A DNA stretch of 50,243 nt from an uncultured Solibacteraceae bacterium (GCA_964395885.1 CAYNDS010000004.1:1-50243), one strand, 5' to 3'. Counted from the first letter of the stretch, positions 28,715 through 38,362 are shown. Made by a program: numbers and translations. The notes: generated from the sequence alone by a model not told the origin.

Positions 28715-29833
28715 CTACACGTCACCACGAGCACGCTCTATTGCCCTGCGTACAGTTTCGATCTCGGGGTGCACATAGCGCTTCGTTGTTGAGAAGTCGG
28801 CATGGCCAGCCAAGTACGCCAGCGTGTACGGATCCATGTGCGCGGCCCAGCGCGTGAGACACGTGTGTCGGAACGTGTACAGGCTGAACGGTGCGAGACC
28901 TGCCGTTCTGAGAACATTGCGATGCTGTTTACGAAGGGTCGACTTCTCGATATGCGCCGACCGCGTCGGTGCAGGGAAGACCCACTCGACTGACGCACCG
29001 TTCTTCCGCATCTCCAGGATGGAGGCGACCCGGTCGGTCATCGGCACTTGCCGCCGAGCGCTCGCCGTCTTGCCGGATGCAATATGGAGTGAACCTTCGT
29101 GGACGTTCTCCCATCGGAGCCGGAACAGTTCATCAGGTCTCAAGCCGCAATCCAGAAGGATGGTCACCACGTCCCGAAGCAGGAAAGGATCACGCCTCGT
29201 TGGCGGAGGCCCAGCTTGCAGTTGAGCGGTCGACTCGGTGGATCGCAACCCGGGCGTGTCGACACTTTGGGTAGCAAGTTTCTCGGCCGCAGCCAAGTAG
29301 CGGCACTCCTCGTCCCGCGAGAGCACGCGGCTTCGCGTGGCTTCGCCGGGTAGCATCTGGATGCGAATAGCGGGCTGGTCAAGAACGCCCCATTCCAGGG
29401 CCAATCGAAGCATTCTTCGCAGGACTTCCAACTCCCGGTTGATGCTACTGACCTGGAGCTGCGCCCCACGCCGCTTCGAGACGAAGTCCCGAACCTGGGC
29501 CTGCTTGATGTTGTCCATCGCCGAGGAAGCGATTGGGTCGAAAGACAGGAGGCTCTTCAAACCGTTGGCGTAGTACTCGAGTGTTTTGGGCTTGCTGGAG
29601 AAGCGGGAGAGCACGAATGGCAAAAATTCTCGCTCGGCGAAGGTTCTGAAGGTCGGAATCTCTTTTTTCTCGGTGATCCCAGCTTCGTTCTTGGCCAGGT
29701 TGGCTTTGTGCAGAGCTTCCATCTGCTCGGCGACCCGCTTGACGGGCTGCCGCGTTGATTGCCGAATCCGCTTGCCGTTCCAGACGAAGCAGTACCACCA
29801 GTTTTTGGAAGTTTTCTGTTTGTAGACAGCCAT
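28715..29833 (-). CDS. int: Tyrosine-type site-specific integrase (phage/ICE integrase family)
   Basis: It has the N-terminal SAM-like/arm region (KNWWYCFVWNGKRIRQST), a catalytic R (LLDCGLRPDELFRLRW), HxxR (FRHTCLTR), and the terminal …TKRYVHP Tyr motif. Confidence 0.9.
   Translation of the reverse strand: MAVYKQKTSKNWWYCFVWNGKRIRQSTRQPVKRVAEQMEALHKANLAKNEAGITEKKEIPTFRTFAEREFLPFVLSRFSSKPKTLEYYANGLKSLLSFDPIASSAMDNIKQAQVRDFVSKRRGAQLQVSSINRELEVLRRMLRLALEWGVLDQPAIRIQMLPGEATRSRVLSRDEECRYLAAAEKLATQSVDTPGLRSTESTAQLQAGPPPTRRDPFLLRDVVTILLDCGLRPDELFRLRWENVHEGSLHIASGKTASARRQVPMTDRVASILEMRKNGASVEWVFPAPTRSAHIEKSTLRKQHRNVLRTAGLAPFSLYTFRHTCLTRWAAHMDPYTLAYLAGHADFSTTKRYVHPEIETVRRAIERARGDV
28766..28862. repeat. 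Imperfect direct repeat, copy 2 (within the intact integrase 3' end)
   Basis: See the partner repeat at 27377-27475. Confidence 0.7.
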
Positions 29834-29887
29834 GAAGGGTCGACTCGCAAAGGTAGGTGATCAGCGGTTGGTATACGCCTTGTGGGT

Positions 29888-30109
29888 CTAGTCAAGGAGT
29901 GGCTTTTCCCCTCCTCCCACTGGGCGACTATCCAGCCACTCGTCCAGATCGCCTGCGCGATAGCGGACTAGCATTCCTAACTTGATATAGCGGGGACCGC
30001 GGCGCTCTAGCCGCCACCGCCGAATGCAGGCGACGCTCACTCGCAGCATCTTCGCGACTTCGTTCTCCGTAAAGAGTTCTGGTGCGGCGAGATCAGTCGA
30101 CATGTGCAT
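29888..30109 (-). CDS. xis: Excisionase/AlpA-type helix-turn-helix DNA-binding protein
   Basis: The 73-aa product carries …TENEVAKMLRVSVACIRRWRLERRGPRYIKLGMLVRYRAGDLDEWL, typical of the MerR-like excisionase fold. It sits immediately upstream of int. Confidence 0.8.
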   Translation of the reverse strand: MHMSTDLAAPELFTENEVAKMLRVSVACIRRWRLERRGPRYIKLGMLVRYRAGDLDEWLDSRPVGGGEKPLLD

Positions 30110-30389
30110 TGGTCGCCGCTTCCTTCGTGCTTATCGTTGTGCGTTGAGACTGTGCCAAGCAGTCACGGGCGAACCGTTGGTCCAAGCCGCACACCAGGTT
30201 GTAGGCGTCGAGGAGTTGCAACGACGTTTCTGCGAGTTCGTCGCCGGAGCGCCCGACGCGGTCGAGCGCGGTGATGGCGAAACGCAGACGTTCCTGGATC
30301 AGCTTCAGCTTGAACGCGACCTCGAAGTCGGGCGCATCGTGGAAGTCGTCGAGCAGTTGCGTCAGTTTGCCTGTGAAGCTGTTTGTCAT
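30093..30389 (-). CDS. Hypothetical 98-aa protein coupled to trbI
   Basis: Its ATG overlaps the trbI stop (ATGA) and its 3' end overlaps the xis start. It looks helical and acidic, with no motif I recognise. Confidence 0.55.
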   Translation of the reverse strand: MTNSFTGKLTQLLDDFHDAPDFEVAFKLKLIQERLRFAITALDRVGRSGDELAETSLQLLDAYNLVCGLDQRFARDCLAQSQRTTISTKEAATNAHVD

Positions 30390-31876
30390 TCTGGATTCCT
30401 CCTCTCAGTGGTTGTGATCCGCGTGTTGCCGTCGGACGTTGATGATGCCGCAGGCAGCGACTCGTATGGAGCTTCGAACAACATGTCGCGGTTGACGCGG
30501 ACGGTGAACTTGTAGCCTGGATCGATCTTCACGGTTGGCTGGACGTTCAGGTTGCGGCGTGTCATCTGAGCGCCCACTTGCGCGACCTCGCGGCCCACCG
30601 TCGCGCCCGCCGTCTCAGCCGGGGATGGGATCGTTAGAACCGAGCGATTTCGCTGTTGAGTCAGCTCGAAGCCCAAGGCGAACAAGCTGGAAAGGACGGC
30701 CATGCCGAAGAGCCGGTTGTAGTGCCGGTCCACCTTCTGCCGCAGCCCGGCGTTCCCCTGCGCGTCCATGCCGACCATTCCCGCGAGATCAACCGCGGAC
30801 GCGTCGGGAAAGATGATGCGATCCCAAACCGCCTGCACGCCCGTCTGCCCGTACCCGACTCGGGAGTCATAGCGGCCGACCAGGCGCGAGCCTTGCGGAA
30901 TGAGCAGGTAAAGGCCGGTGGCGGTGTCGTAAACGTTTGCGGTGACGAGCGCCTTCAGTTCGCCCGGCAAGTCTGAGTTGAGGCCCTGCTCCAGGATGGC
31001 GGGGATCTCCCAACCGGCCTTGATCTCGAAGCGTGAGAGAGGCGCTACTCTCGTCGAGCGCAAGTACGTGTCCGTCTGCTTCGCTCTTGCGGTCTGAAGA
31101 AACGCTTCCTTGCGGGCTTGGCTGTTTTGCGTGTCGAAGTCGTTCTCGGGTGCTGCGCTTCCCTGCTGCTGAAGTGCTCGGGTGATCACATCGTTCTGGT
31201 TCACCGTGCCGCCGGACAGACTCTTCGTCAGCGCCGTGATGCGGGCAATGTCATCGACTTGCCTTGCTGCAGCGGGGTCGCTGGAGCGAGTGCCCCAACT
31301 GGCAGCGGAGGCCGTCCGAATACTTGTTGGCGCGAGCATGGCGTCACGTTCTCTCTGATAGGCGGCGGCAACTCGGCGCTCCTCATCGGTCGGCTCCTTT
31401 ACCGTCGGTGAAACGGGTGGCGTCGCGGGCTTCGCGGGCGGTGGCGCCTGCCGCACCAGTACGCGTTCGTTCGCTGGAGCCATGCCGGGGATCGGACCGG
31501 ACCCGGAGGCGTACAGGTCCGCCGGCGCTTGTAGGTCGCGAATCGATGGAGGCGCGGCTGGCTGTGGACCCTCCCGGTTGGCCGCCATGGGTACATTGCC
31601 GGACGGGATGGAGCGCGTGAACTCGGCACCCGCGCTGGAGGCGGGCGCGACGTTCTTGCGCAGCGCCTTGTCCGACGCTGCGCTCTGTTCACGCTGCGTT
31701 CGCTTCCATCCGCCGTAGGCAAAGGCCAGCAGCAAGCCGATCACAACGACCAGCACCGACACCACCGCTCGCTTGCTGATCCGAACAACCGGAGCGGGCT
31801 CTGGATCGAGGTTCATGCCGTCTGGCGAAACGATCCGCTTCACGCCGTCGGCTTGCAGGTCATCCTTGCCGGGCAC
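30386..31876 (-). CDS. trbI: Conjugal transfer protein TrbI (VirB10 family)
   Basis: It has an N-terminal TM (AVVSVLVVVIGLLLAFAYGGW), a long Pro/Ala-rich linker, and a conserved C-terminal barrel region (…IPAILEQGLNSDLPG…VWDRIIFPD…). It is last in the trb order. ATG 31816 is an alternative start. Confidence 0.9.
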   Translation of the reverse strand: MPGKDDLQADGVKRIVSPDGMNLDPEPAPVVRISKRAVVSVLVVVIGLLLAFAYGGWKRTQREQSAASDKALRKNVAPASSAGAEFTRSIPSGNVPMAANREGPQPAAPPSIRDLQAPADLYASGSGPIPGMAPANERVLVRQAPPPAKPATPPVSPTVKEPTDEERRVAAAYQRERDAMLAPTSIRTASAASWGTRSSDPAAARQVDDIARITALTKSLSGGTVNQNDVITRALQQQGSAAPENDFDTQNSQARKEAFLQTARAKQTDTYLRSTRVAPLSRFEIKAGWEIPAILEQGLNSDLPGELKALVTANVYDTATGLYLLIPQGSRLVGRYDSRVGYGQTGVQAVWDRIIFPDASAVDLAGMVGMDAQGNAGLRQKVDRHYNRLFGMAVLSSLFALGFELTQQRNRSVLTIPSPAETAGATVGREVAQVGAQMTRRNLNVQPTVKIDPGYKFTVRVNRDMLFEAPYESLPAASSTSDGNTRITTTERRNPE

Positions 31877-32849
31877 GAATGATCTCCACTTTCTGCGACT
31901 TCTTTCCCGCGCCCAGGATCAGGCGAGCGCGGTCGAAGAGACGGTCCACGATGTAGACCTGGTTCTGGACGCGGTAGTTGACCATCTCGGCCATACCGTT
32001 CGCGCCGACCACCAGCAATGCGGGTGCTTCCCGATGCTGAATGTCGGGCCGCATTTGCAGGTAAGTCTTTGCGCCGTCGTCGAACACGCGGACGGGCCGG
32101 AGCGACTCCTCGCCGCCCTTCACCGAGTAGGCGAAGTTCATTTTCTCGATCGTGATGACGGCGGGGAGCACTTCCGCCGCGCGGCGCGGTTGAGATTCGC
32201 GTGCCTTCTGGGCAGCAAGCACCTGTTGCCACTTGCGCGCCTCGTCAGCCGGATACGCGAATGCGGCCCGCGCGACGTACTCGGTCGACTTCGAGATAAG
32301 GCGCAGGTAGTAGGCCCGGCGGTCCGTCGTGATGACCAAATTGGTATCGAGTCCAGCCTGTTGCGGCTTCAGCACGATGACGGAAGTGGAGTCATCGCCC
32401 GTACCGTATGCGGCGGGCGAGATGTTCCAGCGCACGGCGTCGCCGACGTGCGGCTCGCCGACCAGCCGCTCGCCGGCTTGCAGTTCGATCATGCAGACTC
32501 GAAGAGGAGCGCACACAATGGTGGGCAGGCCCGCACCGAAGGAGTAGAGGACCTTGCCGTCTGGCCCGGCGGCGGGCGCGTTGCTTTCGGCGCGCCACCG
32601 TTCGCTGACTCGCACGGCTTCCAACGCTGTCGCCGTCAACGGCACGTCCGTTCGCGGCACGAAGTCCTTTGGCGGCGAACTCGCCGATGGCGGGGGAACG
32701 ACGACCGGCCGCACACCTTGCATCGCCTTCACTTGTGCGTCGAAGTCGAACGAATCGGCGAAGGTCGGCTCCGCCGTCTCGCGCGGAATGACGACGGGCG
32801 GATTCGCTTGCGCCAATAACGTCGTTAATAAAATCAGTGCACTTTGCAT
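31860..32849 (-). CDS. trbG: Conjugal transfer protein TrbG (VirB9 family)
   Basis: It has a signal peptide (MQSALILLTTLLAQA), a strong GAGGAGG SD, family-like segments (…YSFGAGLPTIVCAPLRVCMIELQ…), and the expected position between trbF and trbI. Confidence 0.9.
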   Translation of the reverse strand: MQSALILLTTLLAQANPPVVIPRETAEPTFADSFDFDAQVKAMQGVRPVVVPPPSASSPPKDFVPRTDVPLTATALEAVRVSERWRAESNAPAAGPDGKVLYSFGAGLPTIVCAPLRVCMIELQAGERLVGEPHVGDAVRWNISPAAYGTGDDSTSVIVLKPQQAGLDTNLVITTDRRAYYLRLISKSTEYVARAAFAYPADEARKWQQVLAAQKARESQPRRAAEVLPAVITIEKMNFAYSVKGGEESLRPVRVFDDGAKTYLQMRPDIQHREAPALLVVGANGMAEMVNYRVQNQVYIVDRLFDRARLILGAGKKSQKVEIIRARQG

Positions 32850-32860
32850 GACGTCCTCCT

Positions 32861-33568
32861 CTACAGAACCTTCGACCAGTTCGCACTCGTGACATAGACG
32901 CCGAGCGGGTTGATACGCGCCAGCCGCTCATCTCGAGGTGGGTTAACGGCGATGGTGAACGCGCCCTTCCATTGCTCCTGCATCTTGATCGCGCCATACA
33001 AGTCGCGCGTCACTTCACGCCATTCCACTTCGAACGTGCGATCGCTCGTCGGCAGCACCGATTTCACTTCCACGGCCACCGTCTCCGTCTGCCCGCGCTT
33101 GTGCGGAGGGTCGGCACGGTAGAAGTCGCTGACGAAGGTTTGCGCCTGAGTGCCACTACCGATATGGGCGTAGACGCGGTCAATCGAGACACGCTGCGCG
33201 ATGCCGTCGGTAGTGACCGTGCGAAGCTGCTCCACCCAAACGGCCAGCGCGGCCTTTTTCAGGCGCTCGTCGGCGACGGAGGCTTGCTCGGCGACGCCCG
33301 CAGCCAGAGGGTGCCCGAGGTTGTCCACGGCAACGACGAACGGCACCACGCGAGAGCGGGAGGAGAGCCACACGACGGCGCCAGCAAGGATCAGGGAGTT
33401 GAGCGCGCAGAGACATGCGATCCAGCGCCAGTTGCGGGCGCGCGTGATCAGGTCGCCGTAGCGCTCGTCCCATTCGCGGCGGGCGGCGGCGTAGCCGGAG
33501 AGGGGCTGGGTTTCGGCGGACTGGTTGCGTTGGCTCCGGAAGAACCGGAGCGGGAATGAACTGGTCAT
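32861..33568 (-). CDS. trbF: Conjugal transfer protein TrbF (VirB8-like)
   Basis: Starting at ATG 33566-33568 gives MTSSFPLRFF…YAAARREWDERYGD…W, one TM helix, and an NTF2-like C-terminal domain. The upstream 86 codons of the listed ORF overlap trbL and were rejected. Confidence 0.85.
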   Translation of the reverse strand: MTSSFPLRFFRSQRNQSAETQPLSGYAAARREWDERYGDLITRARNWRWIACLCALNSLILAGAVVWLSSRSRVVPFVVAVDNLGHPLAAGVAEQASVADERLKKAALAVWVEQLRTVTTDGIAQRVSIDRVYAHIGSGTQAQTFVSDFYRADPPHKRGQTETVAVEVKSVLPTSDRTFEVEWREVTRDLYGAIKMQEQWKGAFTIAVNPPRDERLARINPLGVYVTSANWSKVL

Positions 33569-33578
33569 GAAATCTCCT

Positions 33579-34814
33579 TCAGTCTTCGTGATCGATTGGC
33601 ATGCGGGGCGGAGAGGCGGGCGGCGCGACATCGCTGGGAAGTGCGCGACCGACGCGCCGCATTTCGGAAGTGGCGCCAGCACCACCGCCGTTTCGCGGAG
33701 GGGCGGGAGGATCGGGCTGTGTTCGGTTTGCGGACGTTCCGCCTGCGGCGGGACTCGACGGCGGGGGCGGCGCGCTACTGCGTTGTGAGACGGCGGACAG
33801 TTCGCTTGCGCCGGTCGCTTGCCCACTCAACGCATTCCCCACGGCGGTTAAACCGGACGTGGCTCGCGCGCCCAAAGCATAGACGCCCGATGCAGCGGCG
33901 GCTCCCGCAATGGCGACACCCGTGCCCATGCCGATCAGGTCGCCGCCGGTGAGCGCGGGCGAGCCACCGAGCACGGACGAGCACAACTTCGGCACCTGCC
34001 AGCAGAGCGTCATGTAGATCAGCGAGGCGGCCATGATGTCCAAAGCGCTCATCGCCGGATTCGCAGAGTTGCCGACGCCCTGCGCCTCGGTCATCCAGCC
34101 GACGCCCAGGCCCAATCCGCCCGCGATCAGACAGTAGAGCACCAGAATGCGGACGCCCACGCCGACGGCCAGCGCCAGGTACCTCTCGACGTAGGGTGCG
34201 GTCCAGCGCGAGCCGCCGAAGCCGAGGAATACGTACCCGACCGACACCACGATGTAGCTCTCGACCATCGTCATGATGAAGTTGATCGTGATCACCGCGT
34301 AGGAGATGACGATCAGCAGCGCGGCGAAAGCCAGCGCGAAGGACGACCCTGGATTAGTAAAGAACGCCGACGTACTGGCAGCGTCGAGGAGTCCGCCCGC
34401 AATGGACAGCCCTTGCGCGAAGATTTTACTGGGCGACAAGGGCGCACCGAGTCCGGCGGCGGTGGAACCGAGAATTTCGAAGCTCTCAATGATCGCCGGA
34501 ATCCACGTGGATCCGTTCACCAGTAGCGCGTAGAAAGCGCCGATCCACATGATCTTGCGAATCAGGGCAGAGGTCCACGATTGCAGGTCCGTCTTCTCCA
34601 GCACCATCACCGCGGCACTCCAGGCGAACTCGATCACGGCGAGGGTCCCAAACAACCGGTTTGCGTGCTGCCAAATCCCGGTGGTCCACAGGACACGGGA
34701 CGCCTGAAACTGGTCGAGGATGTCGCCCGGCTTCGTTGTCGAGTAGCTTTGCGCCAGTGCTGCGCCGGCGACACTCAGCAGAACGAGGGCCAGGCGAATG
34801 AGGAGTCGCGTCAT
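33579..34814 (-). CDS. trbL: Conjugal transfer protein TrbL (VirB6 family)
   Basis: It has a signal peptide, multiple TM helices and a Pro/Ala-rich C-terminal tail, and sits after trbJ/K. Confidence 0.9.
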   Translation of the reverse strand: MTRLLIRLALVLLSVAGAALAQSYSTTKPGDILDQFQASRVLWTTGIWQHANRLFGTLAVIEFAWSAAVMVLEKTDLQSWTSALIRKIMWIGAFYALLVNGSTWIPAIIESFEILGSTAAGLGAPLSPSKIFAQGLSIAGGLLDAASTSAFFTNPGSSFALAFAALLIVISYAVITINFIMTMVESYIVVSVGYVFLGFGGSRWTAPYVERYLALAVGVGVRILVLYCLIAGGLGLGVGWMTEAQGVGNSANPAMSALDIMAASLIYMTLCWQVPKLCSSVLGGSPALTGGDLIGMGTGVAIAGAAAASGVYALGARATSGLTAVGNALSGQATGASELSAVSQRSSAPPPPSSPAAGGTSANRTQPDPPAPPRNGGGAGATSEMRRVGRALPSDVAPPASPPRMPIDHED

Positions 34815-34844
34815 GCGGCACCCCCGAAGTGCGTGCGAGGGCAG

Positions 34845-35174
34845 TTAGTGGATGCCTGGCCGGAACGTGCGATCGTCACCCTTGGCTGGCGCGCTGTTGA
34901 AGAACGCCACCGTGCGAGCGGCTGCGCACAACCGGCCCTCCGTCGTGTCGCCCCAGTTAGCGGGTGCGGACTGCCGCTTGGGACCGCAGAGCGCATCGAT
35001 CTCGCGAGACACGGCTTTGTGCTGACCCAGCCAAGCGGCCATGGACTGCGTGCTGGCCGTGGACAACTCGCCCGCGCCCGCCTTTTGCGCATGTTCCACG
35101 ATCGCGCTATGCTGCTGCCGACCGCATCCGGCCAGTGCCAGCGCGATGAGGCCGATCCAACAATACTTCGACAT
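34845..35174 (-). CDS. Small lipoprotein in the trbK position (candidate entry-exclusion protein)
   Basis: It has the lipobox LALAGC and is 109 aa long. It lies between trbJ and trbL, where TrbK or alternative TrbK proteins sit in P-type systems. Confidence 0.6.
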   Translation of the reverse strand: MSKYCWIGLIALALAGCGRQQHSAIVEHAQKAGAGELSTASTQSMAAWLGQHKAVSREIDALCGPKRQSAPANWGDTTEGRLCAAARTVAFFNSAPAKGDDRTFRPGIH

Positions 35175-35220
35175 CTCAGGTCACCTGCCATCACCATACT
35201 CCCGCGCGCCTCGAATCGCA

Positions 35221-35937
35221 CTACTTCGTCCCCGGTCGAAAGGTTCTTCCGTCACCTTCGGCGGGCGCACTCTTGAAGAAACGTTCAGAAGCGGCCTCCG
35301 CCGCGGCCTTTTCTTGGACGATGGCCGCCTGGAACGCCTGCTTGCTGGAAAGGTCAGCCATCATCAACTCGCGCAACTTCATTAGCTGCTGCACCTGCTG
35401 TTCGGCGACTTGCCCCATCACCTGGAGAGCCTGCATTCTCCCGTCGGAGGATGCGGCCATGGCTCGTAGCGAATCCAGTACCGCTTGCTCGTCCTTCAGT
35501 TGAGCGCCTTGCAGACCCGCCGCTCGGAGCGCGCCCAAGGTTGTATCCATGCTGGTCTGTGCCCAGCCCTTGTAGTGCGTGTAGTACGAGCCCGGAGTGT
35601 GCGCATAACCCTTGTAAATGGCTTTGAACTGCGCATCCAGACCGGCCATCGAGTACGCGAGGGCCATGCCGCCCTGAACCACGCCCGCGAGATCGTCGAT
35701 GTCCTTCTGGATCGGGCCGAAGATCTGAACCGGCAGGTTCTTCACGTTGCGTAGCATGTCGGCGTACTGCTTGGCCTCTTCGGCTAACTGCATGCCCTGA
35801 CGGATGTACTGCATGACCAACTGACCGTTGTTCAGGAGTTGCGTCAACTCCGTTGCGAATGCTCCGCCGTAAGCAGGCTGAGGGGCGTGTGAGGCTAGAC
35901 CCACGAAAAGTGTGGTCGCGATTACGCGCTTGTACAT
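35221..35937 (-). CDS. trbJ: Conjugal transfer protein TrbJ (VirB5-like)
   Basis: Starting at ATG 35935-35937 gives a signal peptide (MYKRVIATTLFVGLASHA). The helical or coiled-coil protein of ~238 aa overlaps the trbE stop by 16 nt. Confidence 0.85.
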   Translation of the reverse strand: MYKRVIATTLFVGLASHAPQPAYGGAFATELTQLLNNGQLVMQYIRQGMQLAEEAKQYADMLRNVKNLPVQIFGPIQKDIDDLAGVVQGGMALAYSMAGLDAQFKAIYKGYAHTPGSYYTHYKGWAQTSMDTTLGALRAAGLQGAQLKDEQAVLDSLRAMAASSDGRMQALQVMGQVAEQQVQQLMKLRELMMADLSSKQAFQAAIVQEKAAAEAASERFFKSAPAEGDGRTFRPGTK

Positions 35938-38360
35938 TGCGTTTTCTCCTTCAACGTTTCGAAGTAAGTGGCCCACTTCGCAAGTCCCTTGTGGCGCAGC
36001 CACTCTTCGCGCCAAACTTCGCCGAACTGTTCGGCGATGGACTCCGCAAGTTGACGCTCTTCACGCCCATTCACTCCGACAAACGCCAGCCCGACCTGTC
36101 CCAGCCCGAGGTCAACCATTCGGCGGCCCAACTTGCTGACCACGTAGTAGTGCTGCTTCGGGATTGCGACTTGGAGCAGGTCCAACTCGCGGTCATTCAG
36201 GCCGATGCGTTCGTAGAGTTCGCGCATGCCTGGCGTTTTGCACTCGGCGTTGGGCAGCAATACCTTAGTCGGGCAGTTCTCCAGAATGACGTCGGAGATG
36301 TTCGACGTGGCGACATCGCTGATCTGCTGCGTCGCCATCACGACGGCGGCATTCTTGCGGCGAAGCGTCTTGAGCCATTCGCGCAGCCGCTCCCGAAAGA
36401 GTCCGTGCTGCAGGTAGGACCAGGCTTCGTCAAGGAGAACGAGCGTCGGCGAACCGTCCAACCGCTGCTCGATGCGCCGGAAAAGGTATAGGAGAACCGG
36501 GACGACCGCCTTGTCGTCCAGTTGCAGCAGGTTCTCCATTTCGAAGGCGAGGAATCGGCCGGAGCCGAGCATGTCCTCGTCGGCGTCGAGCAAGGAACCC
36601 ATCGGACCCGCCACGGTGAAGTGCTGCAGGGCCTCGCGAACTTCCGGATCTTGGATGTTGGCGCTAAGCTCCGTTAGTGTGCGTGAGGGCGACAGACGCA
36701 GGTGCTGTACTGCCTGTGTCAGCGCGTTGCGGTGCTTCGGCGTGACCTTTAGGCCGTTCAGAATGCAAAGCGCCTCCGCCCACCCGACGGCCCACGTGAC
36801 ATGGGCATCGGAGTCGATGTGGCGAAGTGGGCAGAAGGCCAGATCGGTTTTCGGTCCGGCCAGGTCGTAGAACTCGCCACCCGCCGCGCGGTTCAGCATC
36901 CACATGGAATAGCCGCGGTCGAACGCGAACACTTGCGCGTTCGGATAGCGGAACCACTGCGCCGCGAAGAGCCCCAAGCAGGTGGACTTGCCGGCCCCGG
37001 ACGGCCCGAAGATCATCGTGTGGCCCACGTCTGATACGTGCAGGTGGAAGCGGAACGGCGTGGCTCCGGTGGTTGCGGCATACAACAGCGGCGGCGACTT
37101 TCGCGGCATCAAGGCCGAGGGGTTGTCACGCAGGCCCGCCCACACCGAAGTGGTCGGGAGAAGATCGGCGAGGTTCAACGTGTGAAGCAGGACTCGCCGC
37201 ACGTTTCGATACCCATCGCCGGGCAGTGTGCCGCGCCAGGCTTCGATCGCGTTGACGGTCTCCAGTCGGCAGGAGAAGCCGAGGTTCTGGATCGTCTTCA
37301 TCACTTGGCGAACACTGTCGCGAAGAGGCTCCTGGCTCTCGTCCAGGCAGACGATGTTCGCCGAGTACTGAGCGAACTGGACGTCCCCCGACGCGGCGAT
37401 CCCCATGGCATCCTCCGCGTCGACTGCCATCGCCTGCGCGTGGACGTTGATCGGGCCGCTCTCGCTTTTGAAGATCTGATCCTTCCAGCCCCGAATCTTT
37501 GAGCGCCACTTTTTTCGGTGCTTGTCGAGCAGCCCCCGCGCCTCCTCGGGATCCAGCAGGATTGCTCGTGTGTTGAAGCGGTACTCCAGCGGGAGCGTGT
37601 CTAACTCGCGGAGGATCCCGGGTGAACTGACACGAGGGAATCCGTCGATCGCAACGACGGCAATGAACTTCGCGCCAATGCTCGGCTCGATCCCGCCGCG
37701 GAAGTCTCCGCAGGCCAGCACGTCATTCAGGTACGCGGGAACCTCCGGCGTGGCAAAGGGAAAGTCCTCACCGCCGATGCATCTGCGCCAGAAGCGCAGC
37801 AGATCATTGAAAGAGTCCTGGGAACGGAGGCGTTCGACATGGAACAGATGGCCGAAGGTGTTCTCGAAGGCGTCGAGCTGCGTCTTAAATCGCTCTAGGG
37901 CTTGCGCACCGGCAGCGCGTTTGGCGGCTCCGTTGCGGCCATCGATCAGCCAGCCACGCGCCCGCTCTTCTGCCTCGACCGGCGGCAGATAGGTGAGGGT
38001 GAGGAAGTACTCCGACTCGAAGTGCGCACCCTCGGCCATGAACTGCTCGCGACGCTCGTCGTCAATCAGTCGGGTAACCGGGTCGGGAAACGCGCCCCGG
38101 TCCGGGTAACCCGGCGCACGGCTGCGAATCGCGTCGCACTGAACCATCCAACCGCTGCCCAGTCGCAATGCCGAGTTCAGCCGGGCACTCAAAGCATCCA
38201 TTTCGGCCGCAGCCGCGGACATCATGTCCGGACCGCGATAGCTCCAGGCGGCGAGGAGCGATCCGTCCTGCTGCAACAGAATGCCGTCGTCCACCAAGGC
38301 GAACGGCAATAAGAGATCGGCCAAGCCACGCGCCCGCGACCGATGTTCCCGCACCTGCAT
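35922..38360 (-). CDS. trbE: Conjugal transfer ATPase TrbE (VirB4 family)
   Basis: It has Walker A (GPSGAGKST) and Walker B (LVLLDEAW) and is ~812 aa from ATG 38358-38360, 2 nt after the trbD stop. The longer listed ORF overlaps trbD. Confidence 0.9.
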   Translation of the reverse strand: MQVREHRSRARGLADLLLPFALVDDGILLQQDGSLLAAWSYRGPDMMSAAAAEMDALSARLNSALRLGSGWMVQCDAIRSRAPGYPDRGAFPDPVTRLIDDERREQFMAEGAHFESEYFLTLTYLPPVEAEERARGWLIDGRNGAAKRAAGAQALERFKTQLDAFENTFGHLFHVERLRSQDSFNDLLRFWRRCIGGEDFPFATPEVPAYLNDVLACGDFRGGIEPSIGAKFIAVVAIDGFPRVSSPGILRELDTLPLEYRFNTRAILLDPEEARGLLDKHRKKWRSKIRGWKDQIFKSESGPINVHAQAMAVDAEDAMGIAASGDVQFAQYSANIVCLDESQEPLRDSVRQVMKTIQNLGFSCRLETVNAIEAWRGTLPGDGYRNVRRVLLHTLNLADLLPTTSVWAGLRDNPSALMPRKSPPLLYAATTGATPFRFHLHVSDVGHTMIFGPSGAGKSTCLGLFAAQWFRYPNAQVFAFDRGYSMWMLNRAAGGEFYDLAGPKTDLAFCPLRHIDSDAHVTWAVGWAEALCILNGLKVTPKHRNALTQAVQHLRLSPSRTLTELSANIQDPEVREALQHFTVAGPMGSLLDADEDMLGSGRFLAFEMENLLQLDDKAVVPVLLYLFRRIEQRLDGSPTLVLLDEAWSYLQHGLFRERLREWLKTLRRKNAAVVMATQQISDVATSNISDVILENCPTKVLLPNAECKTPGMRELYERIGLNDRELDLLQVAIPKQHYYVVSKLGRRMVDLGLGQVGLAFVGVNGREERQLAESIAEQFGEVWREEWLRHKGLAKWATYFETLKEKTQCTSA

Positions 38361-38362
38361 CG

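Noticed and set aside
30093-30389. Possible DUF2274-type protein, which is often found after trbI
   Set aside because: The sequence does not resemble the DUF2274 pattern as I remember it. It is left as hypothetical.
33569-33826. 86-codon N-terminal extension of the TrbF ORF
   Set aside because: It overlaps the trbL 3' end, is Pro/Arg-rich, and TrbF family proteins start close to MTSSFPLRFF.
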